The notes under the pieces were generated by a model. The model searched no databases, was not told where the DNA came from, and saw nothing but the letters and a program-made list of their open reading frames with translations. From assembly GCA_000002435.2 (NCBI GenBank), contig CM018792.1: a stretch of 64,000 bases of DNA; one strand, given 5' to 3'. This DNA comes from Giardia intestinalis (Eukaryota). This document shows positions 27,833 through 38,388 of this stretch, piece by piece. The position numbers were made by a program, and so were the translations under genes. The number at the start of each line of letters is the position of its first letter. Position 1 is the stretch's first letter.

Positions 27833-28171
27833 ATGGATCTCGGCGGGGACGCAGAAAAAGCAATTAATCATGCTTTGGAGAGAGCAGGGTATATGGAGTA
27901 TCAGCTGCTGGAGGCCCGCGTCCTCCGGAAGTTACAGGAAGAAATGGAGGAGCTTCTCTCGTCTCGGGACAGTGCGTTATCAGAAATACGTGCTCACCGC
28001 CAAAGCATCCAGCAGATGGTGGAAGAACTAGCATGCCTTGATAAAAAGCTCAGCAAAGAAGCCGACTCCATCTGTACACACTTCGATACATGCGTTGCAG
28101 AGCTTCGACTAAAGTATACAAACCATTTACGACGAGAGAAGGCACGCCTAAAATCCGTTAGTTATAACTAG
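27833..28171 (+). CDS. hypothetical small coiled-coil protein
   Basis: Track ORF 27746..28171 overlaps the preceding gene. The first ATG at 27833 is preceded by an A-rich stretch (ccagaaaaagaaaagATG). The 112-aa protein is predicted coiled coil (…LEARVLRKLQEEMEELLSSRDSALSEIRAHRQSIQQMVEELACLDKKL…). Confidence 0.3.
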   Translation: MDLGGDAEKAINHALERAGYMEYQLLEARVLRKLQEEMEELLSSRDSALSEIRAHRQSIQQMVEELACLDKKLSKEADSICTHFDTCVAELRLKYTNHLRREKARLKSVSYN

Positions 28172-28208
28172 CGCTTGCCAAGGTACAAAGCAAATCGTCC
28201 AGCTGCAT

Positions 28209-29804
28209 TTACTGCTCGCCATGTTTCTTATTCTCCTTGTACATTGCCAATTCTTTTTGCCGTTCCCTCAACCGATGCTCAAGTGTGCCGTCAAATGGTC
28301 TGTTTGTGATTCGGCGATACTTTTCTAGCTTAAACAGCGATAACCCGCCCTCTATATAAACTTCGCATAGGTCTGTGATCTTATGTGTCATTGTTATGCC
28401 AACGAGGGGGTGGTCACACGCACGAGGTGGCCCGCCACTGGACACCGATTGACATGTTCTGGCTTCTGAGAGCAAGCTTAATGCAACACCATATACTCTG
28501 GCCCTGGCTAGGGCCTTGGATTGCAGAAATCTAATATTTTTAGTAAGAAACCGATAGGAAGGGCCTGACAGGTAAAACTTGGGCAATCGTGTTGAGGTAT
28601 ACTCTGCCCTCTCAAAAAGCAACAATTCCCCTGGTGCTATTGGGTAGTCTGGCTTTCCAGGAAACTGCTCAACATTCAGAAGGTCAGAGATGAGGGATGG
28701 GGGTTCTAATTCAGCGCCTATATGCAGGAGCAAGCTAGCAATACATCGAATCTGGTGGTATAAGAAAGCAGATCCGCACACCACCAGAGATAGAGTGCTA
28801 TTTTCTTTCATAGCCATCCTATCATTCTCACAGTCGTAGGGTTGGCCATCAATCTCTAAGAAACAAGAAAAAATCACTCGCTCAAATGTCTTTATGCTAT
28901 CCAGCGACGGTTTGCAGATATTTCTAAAGTCATGAAAGCCCACCAACTTTGTGCACGCCTCTGCCATTCGTCGAATGTTGAGTGATCCTACTTCCCCGAA
29001 CATGTAAACGTAACGTCGCGAAGACGTAGAATGCCGGGCTGAAAAATTCTCATCAACTGGTGCCCAGCCAAGGACCCGTATTGTTTCTGGAAGACGCATG
29101 TTAATGGCTGAGACGTAGTCTATCTCCTGCTCTTGAGGAACTTGCTTAAGCTCAGGCTCCTTCTCAGCATTCACAAGATCTCCATCTGCCCCTCTGTCGT
29201 CAGTCGCGCTATCACTGGGCTTTGCGGGTGGTGTCAGTCCATCGCGCCGGTCGCGATAAAAGCGGGGATCGGGTGCCGGTATTGGCTGCGGCCCCATACC
29301 CTTGTTGTTTGTCCTTACATAGAAGCTGAACACCTGCCCTGCTGCGCTCACACCCCTATCTGTTCGGCCGGATCTTTCAAAGTGGACGTCACTGGCTTCT
29401 GCGTGTTGCGGTATCAGTGCTGCGCCACGCAACGCATTTAAAAGCAGTTCCTCGATGGTGTATTCCCTATTAGGTTGCTGAGCAAGTCCTGCGTACTCTG
29501 TTCCATCATAGCATACTTGAATGGCTATGTGACGCAGCGGAATGGTTGACCAGTCCATCAGAGAGCGAGAGCTGGGCTTACCGAGCTTCTTGGTCTCCTT
29601 TGCAAAACACGTCTCTATTTGTTCGTCTGTCAGCACAGCTAGCATCTGCTGAATGTGCCGCAGCAGCTCGGCCCGTGGGAGATTGTAGAAATACGCTATG
29701 TCCACTCTTCCCATTTTAAAACAACATTCCAAACGTTCAGGAAAACAATCCACTAATTTATGTAAGAAGCACATGCGCAGGTGCAGCAGACTAAGAGTAA
29801 TCAT
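28209..29804 (-). CDS. tRNA pseudouridine synthase, TruA/Pus3 (Deg1) family
   Basis: ATG at 29802-29804. Family motifs IAIQVCYDGTEYAGLAQQ (YDGTxYxG) and the catalytic-Asp motif RTDRGVSAAGQVFSF (RTDxGVHA). C-terminal …FLYHQIRCIASLL… fits the TruA fold. Confidence 0.8.
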   Translation of the reverse strand: MITLSLLHLRMCFLHKLVDCFPERLECCFKMGRVDIAYFYNLPRAELLRHIQQMLAVLTDEQIETCFAKETKKLGKPSSRSLMDWSTIPLRHIAIQVCYDGTEYAGLAQQPNREYTIEELLLNALRGAALIPQHAEASDVHFERSGRTDRGVSAAGQVFSFYVRTNNKGMGPQPIPAPDPRFYRDRRDGLTPPAKPSDSATDDRGADGDLVNAEKEPELKQVPQEQEIDYVSAINMRLPETIRVLGWAPVDENFSARHSTSSRRYVYMFGEVGSLNIRRMAEACTKLVGFHDFRNICKPSLDSIKTFERVIFSCFLEIDGQPYDCENDRMAMKENSTLSLVVCGSAFLYHQIRCIASLLLHIGAELEPPSLISDLLNVEQFPGKPDYPIAPGELLLFERAEYTSTRLPKFYLSGPSYRFLTKNIRFLQSKALARARVYGVALSLLSEARTCQSVSSGGPPRACDHPLVGITMTHKITDLCEVYIEGGLSLFKLEKYRRITNRPFDGTLEHRLRERQKELAMYKENKKHGEQ

Positions 29805-29853
29805 CTATGAGTCTATAATCCAACCTGCTCTGCTTTCCTTTTAGCTCTGTATG

Positions 29854-32800
29854 CTATTTCCGGCTGGTGACATGTTCAATATTATCCATATGTGCCTTGA
29901 CAACATTTATTATTTCCTGCGACTTGGTGCTTTTAGCTATGTCTATAACATCCTTTTCTTTAAATGTTTTAATGTTACTTTCGTACGGAAGCAGTACCTT
30001 CACACAGTCAATTGCCTTGGCCTCTATGGCATACATAAGAGCACTGTGTCCGGTATCATCCACCAACTGCTTCTCGTACGGTAATAGGATCTCTACTATT
30101 CTGACATTGTTGGCTGTGGCAGCATACATTAGCGCTGTGGCCTGCGTCGCTGACCGAGTCCCTGCTTGATTGATGTACTTATGTACGGCATCTACATCAT
30201 TGATAAATGCTCCCCACATGAGATCTGTTATCTGAGATATATCCTTTTCGTATTTATATAGCATAGTTGCAGCCTCAAGACAGTTCTCTTGCATACTTAG
30301 TGCGAGAGCACTATACCCTTTATGCGAGATCATCATCTTCTCCTCCTCTAGCAGAAGTCTGACACAGTCGATACTCTTGTTGCCAGCCGCACACATAAGT
30401 GCGCTGCTACCGTCATTAGAGACGAGGCCAGATTCGTAGGGCAGGAGAAGCTTAACGCAGTCCTGATGGCCCTCAATGGCTGCATACATGAGCGCTGTGT
30501 CTCCGTTGCTGGCCACTTTTCCTGCCTCATAGGGGATCAGAAGCTTCACTAGTTCTACAAAGCCCAGTGAGGCAGCAACCATCAGGCACGTCCTTTCGTT
30601 ATACCTCACACAGTTTATTTCTGGAAGCAGTAACTGCGCAGCCTCGATGTTGTTTTCAGTTATTGCATACAAAAGAGCAGTGTACCCCATTGTATTAACG
30701 TATCCGAGCTCGCACAACAGCAGCTTTACAGCTTCTTGGTTGCGCACGTAGACAGCTTTTTGAAGGGGGCTCCAGAGGTCTGTGCAGTGATTGGCTTGAT
30801 AGAGGTATTTTCTTACACCGTCGTTATCAAAATCCTCAACAGCTTCCAATAAGGGACTGGAGCACTGCGAGTAATTAGATATTTGTCGTCGCTTCACAAA
30901 GATAGGCAGTTTCTTAAGAGACAAATACTCCACAATTCGAAGAATCGCCTCGGAGCTTCCATGCTCTATGGCGACGTCGAGAATGCTTAGGTCATTAGAA
31001 AAGGTCATGATAGCCTCATAGTCCAAGAGCTGCTCCATTAACCCTAGGTTGTTGGTCTTGATGGCATGTGCTATTGCAAAGAGGCCCCCGACACAATTTA
31101 GTCCTGCCTCCAGCCTGATTAGGTCCTTATAAATTAGAGGATCGTCTGCATGGCCTGCTATAGCGGCATACATCAGTGCAGTTAGTCCGTGGATATCCCT
31201 TTTCCGAGCATCTCCTATGTGCTGCACCAATCCTGGTGCGTCCCCCGTAGCAGCCGCAATCATGAGCGGAGTGATACCATCACGTATCCTATTAGATCTA
31301 CGCACTACATCTAATATGTACGTGTTACCAGATATTGCTGCAAAGAATAGGGGAGACGGCCTGGGCCATGACCCTATAACAAATCTCTTGCAAATAAACT
31401 CGACAACTTCTTGCTTATACGCTTTGATAGCTGATATGAGGATAAGGTCAGCATATGCAGTGAATCTTTTCGGGTAAGCTGTTGCGAAGTATTTTACACA
31501 CTCAAGATGGCCGTGCTCTGCCGCTGCAATGATGATGTTTGCTGAAATGTTTTTAGTACGCCCACAGATGGACAAGAGTATCCTCAAAAAATCCAGGTGC
31601 CCTGCCTTCGCTGCCTCGATCAGAGCCATTCTGATCCTGTCCATAGAGATAACAGAAGTGATCGGCTTAGGAACTATCTCGAGAAAGAGGTTCAGATGCT
31701 GCAGAAAATTGTACCTAGCTGCTATCACAAGAGGATCTGCCCACGTAGGGTAATCGGGCATATCTATAAATTCATTGGCTATGAGCTCTGCTGCCTTGAG
31801 ATGCCCGAACATGGTAGCCAGCGACAGTGCAGTGAACCTATTTGCGTCGCGGGCATTGATGTAGTCCATAGAACGCAGCATTCCTGGAATATCATCCTTA
31901 ATGGCAGAGGCCATTAAGTGAGTCACACCAGCCATTCCTATCTCCTTGTCGATGAGTAGGAGGATAGTGCTCCGCTGATGATTGCTAATTGCTAGGGTCA
32001 GAGCGGTGTTGGCAGCGACCTTGAAGTACGAATACTCGCAAGCTTGTCGATAAGACTTTGGCGTCGTCAGCATCTCATCATCCGTCAGTAATCGCCGCAA
32101 ACAATGACTGTATGCGGAGGACCAAGGAGAGAGCAAAAGGGACCGGTCCTCGTTAGATGAGATATAAAATGTAGTGTCAATCTTGGTAGCGTCCTTCTTC
32201 AGGACTATGGTTGAGTTCATAGATGATATTGTACGAGAACTAACGGATGTACTTGAGGAGGAGCTTGGCGCAGAGGAGTATGAAGATACAATACTGTTTG
32301 ATGATGCGGAATACTCCATGCTACTCCGTGGTGAAGCAGGATCTGTGTGGGTTGTGCTAGTGTTGTGTGTTGGTCTTGCCTCATAGATGTCAAATGATGC
32401 TGATAGCGCTCGTGAGGGCGTGTCCATCGACTCAGTAACATGATAAAGAGCAGAGTCACCGGTGCCGATGTCGTCAGTGGACTCACTCAGTTCAGTATTA
32501 CTTGCAATGATATTGGGTCGAGAATTAGCAGGGTTCAATCGGTTCATAAAATCATTTATATTATCAGTAAATTCCCCGCGAGAGTCATAGAAGGAAAAGT
32601 TGTCGAAACTTGACGCGTTGGGGTGCAAATAATCTGTGGTCTCTCCTGATTCGGAGCTCCAAGAAAAGTTGGTGTCGTCACGATAAATTATTGGCAGATT
32701 ATATTTGCTGGTGGGAATGGTGGTAGAACCGGCTTCAAGCATGCAGAGCTGCGCTATTTCGAGATGGCCACGCATGGCTGCCTCCATAAGTGCGGTGCGA

Positions 32801-33042
32801 CCATCGGTTGAACACAAGCCAAGATAACCCAATTTCTTAACCACGGTATCCATGTCTCCAACCCGCGCTGCTTCTCTGAGGACAGTGTCATCATTTTCAC
32901 GCAAGATTGGGGTATAGAAGTGACATGGTATAGGTGTTACATCGTATGCTTCAATCAATAAATTTGCTAAGGATGTCTGTCGGAAGATAAGTGGGAGTGT
33001 CGTAGCCAGGCGCTTTCGGGTCGGTTCCGAATTAACGCTCAT
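29854..33042 (-). CDS. ankyrin-repeat protein (Giardia Protein 21.1 type)
   Basis: 1062 aa with ATG at 33040-33042. ≥15 ankyrin repeats along most of the length (TALMEAAMRGHLEIAQL…, TALMYAAIAGHADD…, TALLYAITENNIEAAQLLL, TALMYAAIEGHQDCVKLLL, ATALMYAATANNVRIVEILL). Ser-rich low-complexity region near the N-terminal third. Confidence 0.75.
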   Translation of the reverse strand: MSVNSEPTRKRLATTLPLIFRQTSLANLLIEAYDVTPIPCHFYTPILRENDDTVLREAARVGDMDTVVKKLGYLGLCSTDGRTALMEAAMRGHLEIAQLCMLEAGSTTIPTSKYNLPIIYRDDTNFSWSSESGETTDYLHPNASSFDNFSFYDSRGEFTDNINDFMNRLNPANSRPNIIASNTELSESTDDIGTGDSALYHVTESMDTPSRALSASFDIYEARPTHNTSTTHTDPASPRSSMEYSASSNSIVSSYSSAPSSSSSTSVSSRTISSMNSTIVLKKDATKIDTTFYISSNEDRSLLLSPWSSAYSHCLRRLLTDDEMLTTPKSYRQACEYSYFKVAANTALTLAISNHQRSTILLLIDKEIGMAGVTHLMASAIKDDIPGMLRSMDYINARDANRFTALSLATMFGHLKAAELIANEFIDMPDYPTWADPLVIAARYNFLQHLNLFLEIVPKPITSVISMDRIRMALIEAAKAGHLDFLRILLSICGRTKNISANIIIAAAEHGHLECVKYFATAYPKRFTAYADLILISAIKAYKQEVVEFICKRFVIGSWPRPSPLFFAAISGNTYILDVVRRSNRIRDGITPLMIAAATGDAPGLVQHIGDARKRDIHGLTALMYAAIAGHADDPLIYKDLIRLEAGLNCVGGLFAIAHAIKTNNLGLMEQLLDYEAIMTFSNDLSILDVAIEHGSSEAILRIVEYLSLKKLPIFVKRRQISNYSQCSSPLLEAVEDFDNDGVRKYLYQANHCTDLWSPLQKAVYVRNQEAVKLLLCELGYVNTMGYTALLYAITENNIEAAQLLLPEINCVRYNERTCLMVAASLGFVELVKLLIPYEAGKVASNGDTALMYAAIEGHQDCVKLLLPYESGLVSNDGSSALMCAAGNKSIDCVRLLLEEEKMMISHKGYSALALSMQENCLEAATMLYKYEKDISQITDLMWGAFINDVDAVHKYINQAGTRSATQATALMYAATANNVRIVEILLPYEKQLVDDTGHSALMYAIEAKAIDCVKVLLPYESNIKTFKEKDVIDIAKSTKSQEIINVVKAHMDNIEHVTSRK

Positions 33043-33165
33043 CGGGGCTCAGCTTGTTTTATTTCACCTAATAATGGAAAAATAAATTGAAAGATTAGAA
33101 AAAATGCAATATAACATTGAACTGTTATTTCGGGCCTCTCAGAATATCCTTGACTGTCCTTTGCA

Positions 33166-34815
33166 ATGCTTGTTGAGTGCATCGACGTTGATGGGGTCTA
33201 TGTTGAGGCAGGGACCCGCTACGCAGCATATAATACGGCGTCCACCTCTGTTTCACGACGAGAGGGCGTTACACGTGTCGCCGCAAAGAATGAATCGTTC
33301 GTCTTCAAAACAAATATCTTGCCTCAGCGTGTCGGAGTTATGCTTGTCGGGCTCGGCGGTAGCAACGGGTCCACCCTTGTGGCCGGGCTGGTTGCCAACA
33401 AGCACAAACTTGCATGGCGTGAAAAGACAGGCTTAAAGACGGCCAACCTGCTCGGATCCGTTGTGGCCAACGCCTGCACGGCTGTCGGCGCTGTAGGTAT
33501 GTCTGCGATCGATACAGTTTACGTCCCGTTCAGGTCTTTGGCCCCATTTCCGGATCCAACAGAGATTTACTTGTCCGGGTGGGATATTTCCTCAAAAAAC
33601 CTGTACGAGGCACAAGTGGAGGCCTGTGTACTCCAGCCAGAGCTTCTTGATCAGCTGAAGCCGGACCTTGAAACACGCAAGCCCTATCCCGCAGTCTCCT
33701 ACGGCTCCTGGCTAGCGTCCACGCAGGAGGAGCGCGCAGACAACCTTGTACCGGTTGATAAGGAGACAACTTACCGCAATATAGTCGATACTCTCCGAAG
33801 CCACATTAGGGAGTTCAAGCGTATCAACGGTCTAACCAGCTCAGATGGACCCGCGCAAACCCTCGTTTTATGGACAGCTAGCACAGAGAGGTGCTGCGAC
33901 GAGGAACTCATTGTGAAGCATCTTCCCACCAAGGACAAGCTTCTGAAGGAGCTGAGTAGTGTAGTCAATCCTGACTCGTCTGAGTACTTGGCTCCATCCT
34001 TACTCTACGCAGTCGCTGCTGTGGAAGAGGGGTGCACTTATCTAAATGGGGCGCCCCAGAACACATTGGTACCCGGTCTTCAAGAGTACGCCCGCTCCCT
34101 GGGCTGCTTGCTGGCCGGTGATGACTTTAAAACGGGTCAAACGAAGTTCAAGTCCTTCCTTACCGACATGCTTGTCGGCTCTGGTCTTCGCGTGCGTGCT
34201 ATAACGTCGTATAATCATCTAGGAAACAATGACGGCCGTAATCTAAGCCAGGAAAAGCAATTCAGATCCAAGGAAATTTCAAAAACGGCTGTCATTGACG
34301 ATATCATCGACAAGGCACCGCTTCTATATTCTAGAGATCGGCAGGGACAGGTAGACCCCTCGATAGATCATACGGTGGTGATTAAGTATGTTCCGCACGT
34401 GGGTGACAGCAAGCGAGCTCTCGATGAGTACGTGAGCGACATCTTCATGAATGGCTCCAGCACTATTTCCATTTATAACACATGCGAGGACACGCTCTTA
34501 GCTGTTCCAATAATGGTTGACATGATATGCTTTGCAGCACTTTTGGCAAATGTGGAGGTTGCGCATATTGCCGAGTCGCAAGCCCCCGTTAAGTGCGTAA
34601 CTAAAGAACTAGTTTCCAAGCTAAACTTTAAGCCAGTCAACAATCTAATGCCGGTCATGTCCCTATTCTTCAAGGCACCACTTCCTCGAACAGCAGACAG
34701 GAGTGACATCGTAAATGCATTTGCGGCCCAGCGTGCCGCCATAGAGGACTTTGTGAGAGCAATAGCAGGACTCCAGCATCTCCCGCAACTTAACGTGGGT
34801 GCACTAACTATGTAG
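33166..34815 (+). CDS. INO1: myo-inositol-1-phosphate synthase (inositol-3-phosphate synthase)
   Basis: ATG at 33166. Diagnostic MIPS motifs: NAD-binding MLVGLGGSNGSTLVAGLVANK; LWTASTER; NGAPQNTLVPG; and SYNHLGNNDGRNLSQEKQFRSKEISKTAVIDDI, which is near-identical to the universally conserved SYNHLGNNDG…QFRSKEISKS block. Confidence 0.9.
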   Translation: MLVECIDVDGVYVEAGTRYAAYNTASTSVSRREGVTRVAAKNESFVFKTNILPQRVGVMLVGLGGSNGSTLVAGLVANKHKLAWREKTGLKTANLLGSVVANACTAVGAVGMSAIDTVYVPFRSLAPFPDPTEIYLSGWDISSKNLYEAQVEACVLQPELLDQLKPDLETRKPYPAVSYGSWLASTQEERADNLVPVDKETTYRNIVDTLRSHIREFKRINGLTSSDGPAQTLVLWTASTERCCDEELIVKHLPTKDKLLKELSSVVNPDSSEYLAPSLLYAVAAVEEGCTYLNGAPQNTLVPGLQEYARSLGCLLAGDDFKTGQTKFKSFLTDMLVGSGLRVRAITSYNHLGNNDGRNLSQEKQFRSKEISKTAVIDDIIDKAPLLYSRDRQGQVDPSIDHTVVIKYVPHVGDSKRALDEYVSDIFMNGSSTISIYNTCEDTLLAVPIMVDMICFAALLANVEVAHIAESQAPVKCVTKELVSKLNFKPVNNLMPVMSLFFKAPLPRTADRSDIVNAFAAQRAAIEDFVRAIAGLQHLPQLNVGALTM

Positions 34816-34873
34816 TCAGCAGATTTAGCAAGTGGTATTCCAGCCCTAATTGCTGACATTTCTGGAGTTTCTG

Positions 34874-36349
34874 TCACTGAGGGCAAAATCCTTGATACTG
34901 TATACCACTAACGGAGGTAAACGGCATATAAGTAAGTGTGTTTGATGCAGCTGGGGCCGAGTGCATGCAACCTGAGGACGGGGGCTGCATCAGGTTTAGT
35001 TGCCCGAGGTTGTTCATGAGAGCGTCAAGCTCCCTGTCTCTCGTCTCATCGTCGTACATCTCTTCCAGTAGTGCGTTTATATCGTCGTCTGGAGCATTTA
35101 CGATGGCCACGCCTTCTTCCGTTTCATATCGAGCTAGCTTGTGCTTAGAGTGTTGCTTAGTGCCCTTCCACTTGCCCGCAATGACCACTCTGAGATTTAA
35201 ATATATGTCCGAAGGAGTGATTCCGTAGGCTTGAAAGTCAAGGTTGTCCAAGCTATACACAGCCACAGAGCGCCCGGGCTTGCAAAGGGAGGAGAGATAC
35301 GTCTTGGTATGCACGGTCACCCCCTCGTACATGTCGTTTTCACGCTGGAGCTCGACATATGCAATCGGAGATCCTTGGCCCCGCTTTCCACTACTGTTTT
35401 CTTCTTCAGATACAAGCACTATTCCTTCAACTTTGTGCCGTCGATCACGAAACGCTGTGAATGGCTTTTCAAAATATTGCGCTGCCGTTAGTGACCCTGT
35501 GTTTCCCGTGAGAGGGTCAACGAAATGAATTCGAGAGTTGACCTTGCTGACGATACAAAGAGGGCCCAGACCGCCAAGCTGGTTATAGAAGCGTCGCGGC
35601 AGATACACGAGATCGTCCTTGCATAGCTGGGCAATCTCAAACATAACAGAATACTCTATGGTCGCCGTATTAGACTTTAAATCTGCAGAAATAAGCTTTT
35701 GGCTTTCAGAATGTCTTCCGGGAACAGAGTTGTGAAGAAGATCAACAAATCTACCTGCATCTGATCGTGACGTGAAGTAAAAGTCTAATCCATGGGGATA
35801 TTCCTTAATGTTACTAATGTTTAGCTTAGCTCTGTTGTGAAGGATAATCTGTTCCAGGTAAAGAAACGTGCGCTTGTGGTTAACCGTTTGTCGCACCTGA
35901 ACCCGAGTACTCCATGTGTGCTCCGTGTGAGTGTATTGACACGGTACACACAGAGTAGACACAACCGTGAAGGTACAGATGTGCTCTTGCTGTAAAACTG
36001 CGCCCTGCTGCACCTCCGCCTGAATGAGCAAGCGCACCTTGATGCGCTTTGAGTGCTCCTCCGTCCAAATGAAGCCAGCATCGACAACCCGCACATGCTG
36101 TAATCCACGTATCTTCTTGAGGCAGATTCCAAGCAGCTGTGGAGATTCTAGCTCTGCAGCAACATACTTTTCGTTCCCCACGTTGTATCTATTGCACTGG
36201 TGGCAGTGGATTAGGGTCTGCTCTGTGTCAATCCCTTTTGTTATATTTACCCGCGCACGCAGGCAGGGAAGGCACATAGAGGTGGGGTTAGGCTCAATGG
36301 GGACCCCGCAGGAGCAGCAAAGAATCCCATATGTCTGATCTGGCTCCAT
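34874..36349 (-). CDS. NMD3: 60S ribosomal subunit export adaptor NMD3
   Basis: ATG at 36347-36349. N-terminal Cys clusters ILCCSCGVPIEPNPTSMCLPCL … HCHQCNRYN … CVPCQ. Long colinear similarity to the remembered yeast Nmd3: FIWTEEHSKRIKVRL, HKRTFLYLEQIILHN, GLDFYF, CKDDLVYLP. Confidence 0.85.
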   Translation of the reverse strand: MEPDQTYGILCCSCGVPIEPNPTSMCLPCLRARVNITKGIDTEQTLIHCHQCNRYNVGNEKYVAAELESPQLLGICLKKIRGLQHVRVVDAGFIWTEEHSKRIKVRLLIQAEVQQGAVLQQEHICTFTVVSTLCVPCQYTHTEHTWSTRVQVRQTVNHKRTFLYLEQIILHNRAKLNISNIKEYPHGLDFYFTSRSDAGRFVDLLHNSVPGRHSESQKLISADLKSNTATIEYSVMFEIAQLCKDDLVYLPRRFYNQLGGLGPLCIVSKVNSRIHFVDPLTGNTGSLTAAQYFEKPFTAFRDRRHKVEGIVLVSEEENSSGKRGQGSPIAYVELQRENDMYEGVTVHTKTYLSSLCKPGRSVAVYSLDNLDFQAYGITPSDIYLNLRVVIAGKWKGTKQHSKHKLARYETEEGVAIVNAPDDDINALLEEMYDDETRDRELDALMNNLGQLNLMQPPSSGCMHSAPAASNTLTYMPFTSVSGIQYQGFCPQ

Positions 36350-36426
36350 TAAATTTACATTTATTTGATACTCGAATTTGGCATTGACTCAGGGAATCAC
36401 GCAGGCAAGATGCTCCAAATTTAAAA

Positions 36427-36984
36427 TTACTTGCCCTTGGCGCTAAAGAGAATCTGCTTTAGATCGCGCACAAGTTCCCGGCGTATTTCCTTCAGGAAGC
36501 CCACTGTGATATCAGACTTTCGAGAACGGCTGAATTTGCGATTTGTCAGAATGCGAAGAAATCTAGCCATTCCATTATCCCGTGTTCCAGAAAGGTTCTC
36601 AAAGTAACGCAAATCTAACTTCTTCCAGCCAGGAATCTCTACTTGCTGTCTTTGGATTGCGGTGGCATTAGGCTCCAAAGAAGAATATTCAAAATTGGGC
36701 AATAGGAGTTTGGAGAATGCGTCCACAGAAGGCTCTGGGACGTGCATTGTTTCAATATGCTGCGACACAATGGCTCCGAGGGCGTCCATGTCTGGATCGT
36801 CGTGCAGATAGTGCATTATTTCGGTGGCTTGTTCATCCGAAATCCGTAAGGCGCGTGCTACAGGAGCCACTAGTGACATTTTAGTTAAAAAGTCGTTATG
36901 GTCTAGCTTGAAGGCCCGCATCATAAGGTAAAAGGCTGCGACTTCTGTATCTCGGAATGATCGCATGACCTCCTCAGGCTTCAT
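36427..36984 (-). CDS. hypothetical protein
   Basis: Track ORF 36427..37035 starts with TTG; the first ATG at 36982-36984 gives MKPEEVMRSF…, 186 aa. No motif recognised. Confidence 0.3.
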   Translation of the reverse strand: MKPEEVMRSFRDTEVAAFYLMMRAFKLDHNDFLTKMSLVAPVARALRISDEQATEIMHYLHDDPDMDALGAIVSQHIETMHVPEPSVDAFSKLLLPNFEYSSLEPNATAIQRQQVEIPGWKKLDLRYFENLSGTRDNGMARFLRILTNRKFSRSRKSDITVGFLKEIRRELVRDLKQILFSAKGK

Positions 36985-37047
36985 TTTAAATTTGATTCTA
37001 CTGCGTGGGGATTCCTTTAATATTTGTGATTTCAAGCAGCAAAGAAC

Positions 37048-37814
37048 CGATTCCTGAAATGCCGAGGCAGCACACTCTACCCATTTTCTGTACCTCAGGG
37101 CAATCTCTCATAAAAATTAAAATGCAAGGCTTGAAGGGGGCCTATGTCCAAGAGAACAAAACCGATCGTAGTAACATAACCACTATCGTTCTTTCAGGGG
37201 TACGGCCACAATACACCATCACTATTGATCGTCGTCACGTTATCGATATACCCAACACGTACAGCGTGTGCTACTATTCCATCACGGTCTTGCCGGAGGT
37301 CAGTGATATCGGTTTGTTCAAAACTGTCTCTCTCCAAGGATCAACAATATGCAAGCTTGTCCCCGCCCTTATGGTCCCGGGATCTCTGGAGTGCGCTGTG
37401 CCCTACATCCAGAAGCTTGTAGACTTTTTCTACATATACGCTGAATATTTGACGGGCAAATCCAACCAAGACATTTTGATTGAGGCCAATCGGGTTTGCC
37501 GGGAATTTAATTTCTCGAGTTTGAAAGTGATAAACACTGTGGCTAGCCTTGCCAGGGGAATTCGTCTGATTGTACGTCCGTATCTCGCTCTGAAGAACAA
37601 TACCTATACTAGGGAAGAGGCTGGGGAGGCGTCTAACTCTTACTTGGCAAAGTACAAGAATGGGTTAGATGATGTCGTCAAAGCAGCCTCTAAAACAGGT
37701 GCAATCTTCACTCGTGGCTTTATGAGAGAGTACGTTAAGCAATACACTCACTTTCTCATCCTTTCAGTCTCGTGTGAAAAGTTTCTAAAGACTACCTCCA
37801 CCACTGCGCACTAA
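37048..37814 (+). CDS. hypothetical protein
   Basis: Track start 37005 is GTG; the first ATG is at 37048 (MPRQHTLPIF…), 255 aa. Divergent from the previous gene with a 63-bp spacer. Confidence 0.3.
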
Positions 37815-37924
37815 ACGCGTCGAAGGACAAGTAAACAATATGTTGCAAAAAGTATTCACTAATTACGAACAAGCATGAGTGACTACTGTGCTTTATGTGC
37901 CCTTCGAGAAAGACTCCACTCAGC

Positions 37925-38326
37925 TTAATCTGGAAGCATCCACGACGATTTAGAGAAATCTGATATGGATGTCAAGGCAAGAGGGATTTCGTTTTCTATG
38001 TCACTTCCAACGTCATCTTCTTTATTCACGAAGCGTCTGTCCCCATGCTCTAGATACCTCTTCTGCGAAGAAGTGTAGGTCATCTGCCCTCGCTTAAAGG
38101 TTCTCCCGGACGGCTCAATTAATAATGGAATGCCGGAGGAGCCTCTCTTAGCGTGACTGTCTGTATTCATGCAATGACAGAACGCCATTGCAGCTCTCCT
38201 GGCACGCCGCCGCTTCACCTCCTTTAGAATTGCCTCGTTGTTTTCGTCGGTAAAATCTAACGAGTCGGAACATACTATCACCGCCTCCTGCTGCTTCTGG
38301 CCCTGCCTGCTTGGGTTAGTACTCAT
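37925..38326 (-). CDS. hypothetical small basic protein
   Basis: Track start 38353 is TTG; the first ATG at 38324-38326 gives MSTNPSRQGQKQ…, 133 aa. Weak support; it could be non-coding. Confidence 0.2.
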   Translation of the reverse strand: MSTNPSRQGQKQQEAVIVCSDSLDFTDENNEAILKEVKRRRARRAAMAFCHCMNTDSHAKRGSSGIPLLIEPSGRTFKRGQMTYTSSQKRYLEHGDRRFVNKEDDVGSDIENEIPLALTSISDFSKSSWMLPD

Positions 38327-38388
38327 TCCACAGGTTTGACGAACAGAACACAACTGGTTTTTATTAACACCCAGCCTTGTATTACACC

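Noticed and set aside
34473-34886. 137-aa minus-strand ORF overlapping the 3' end of the inositol-1-phosphate synthase gene
   Set aside because: It is antisense to a highly conserved MIPS coding region. No start context or motif.
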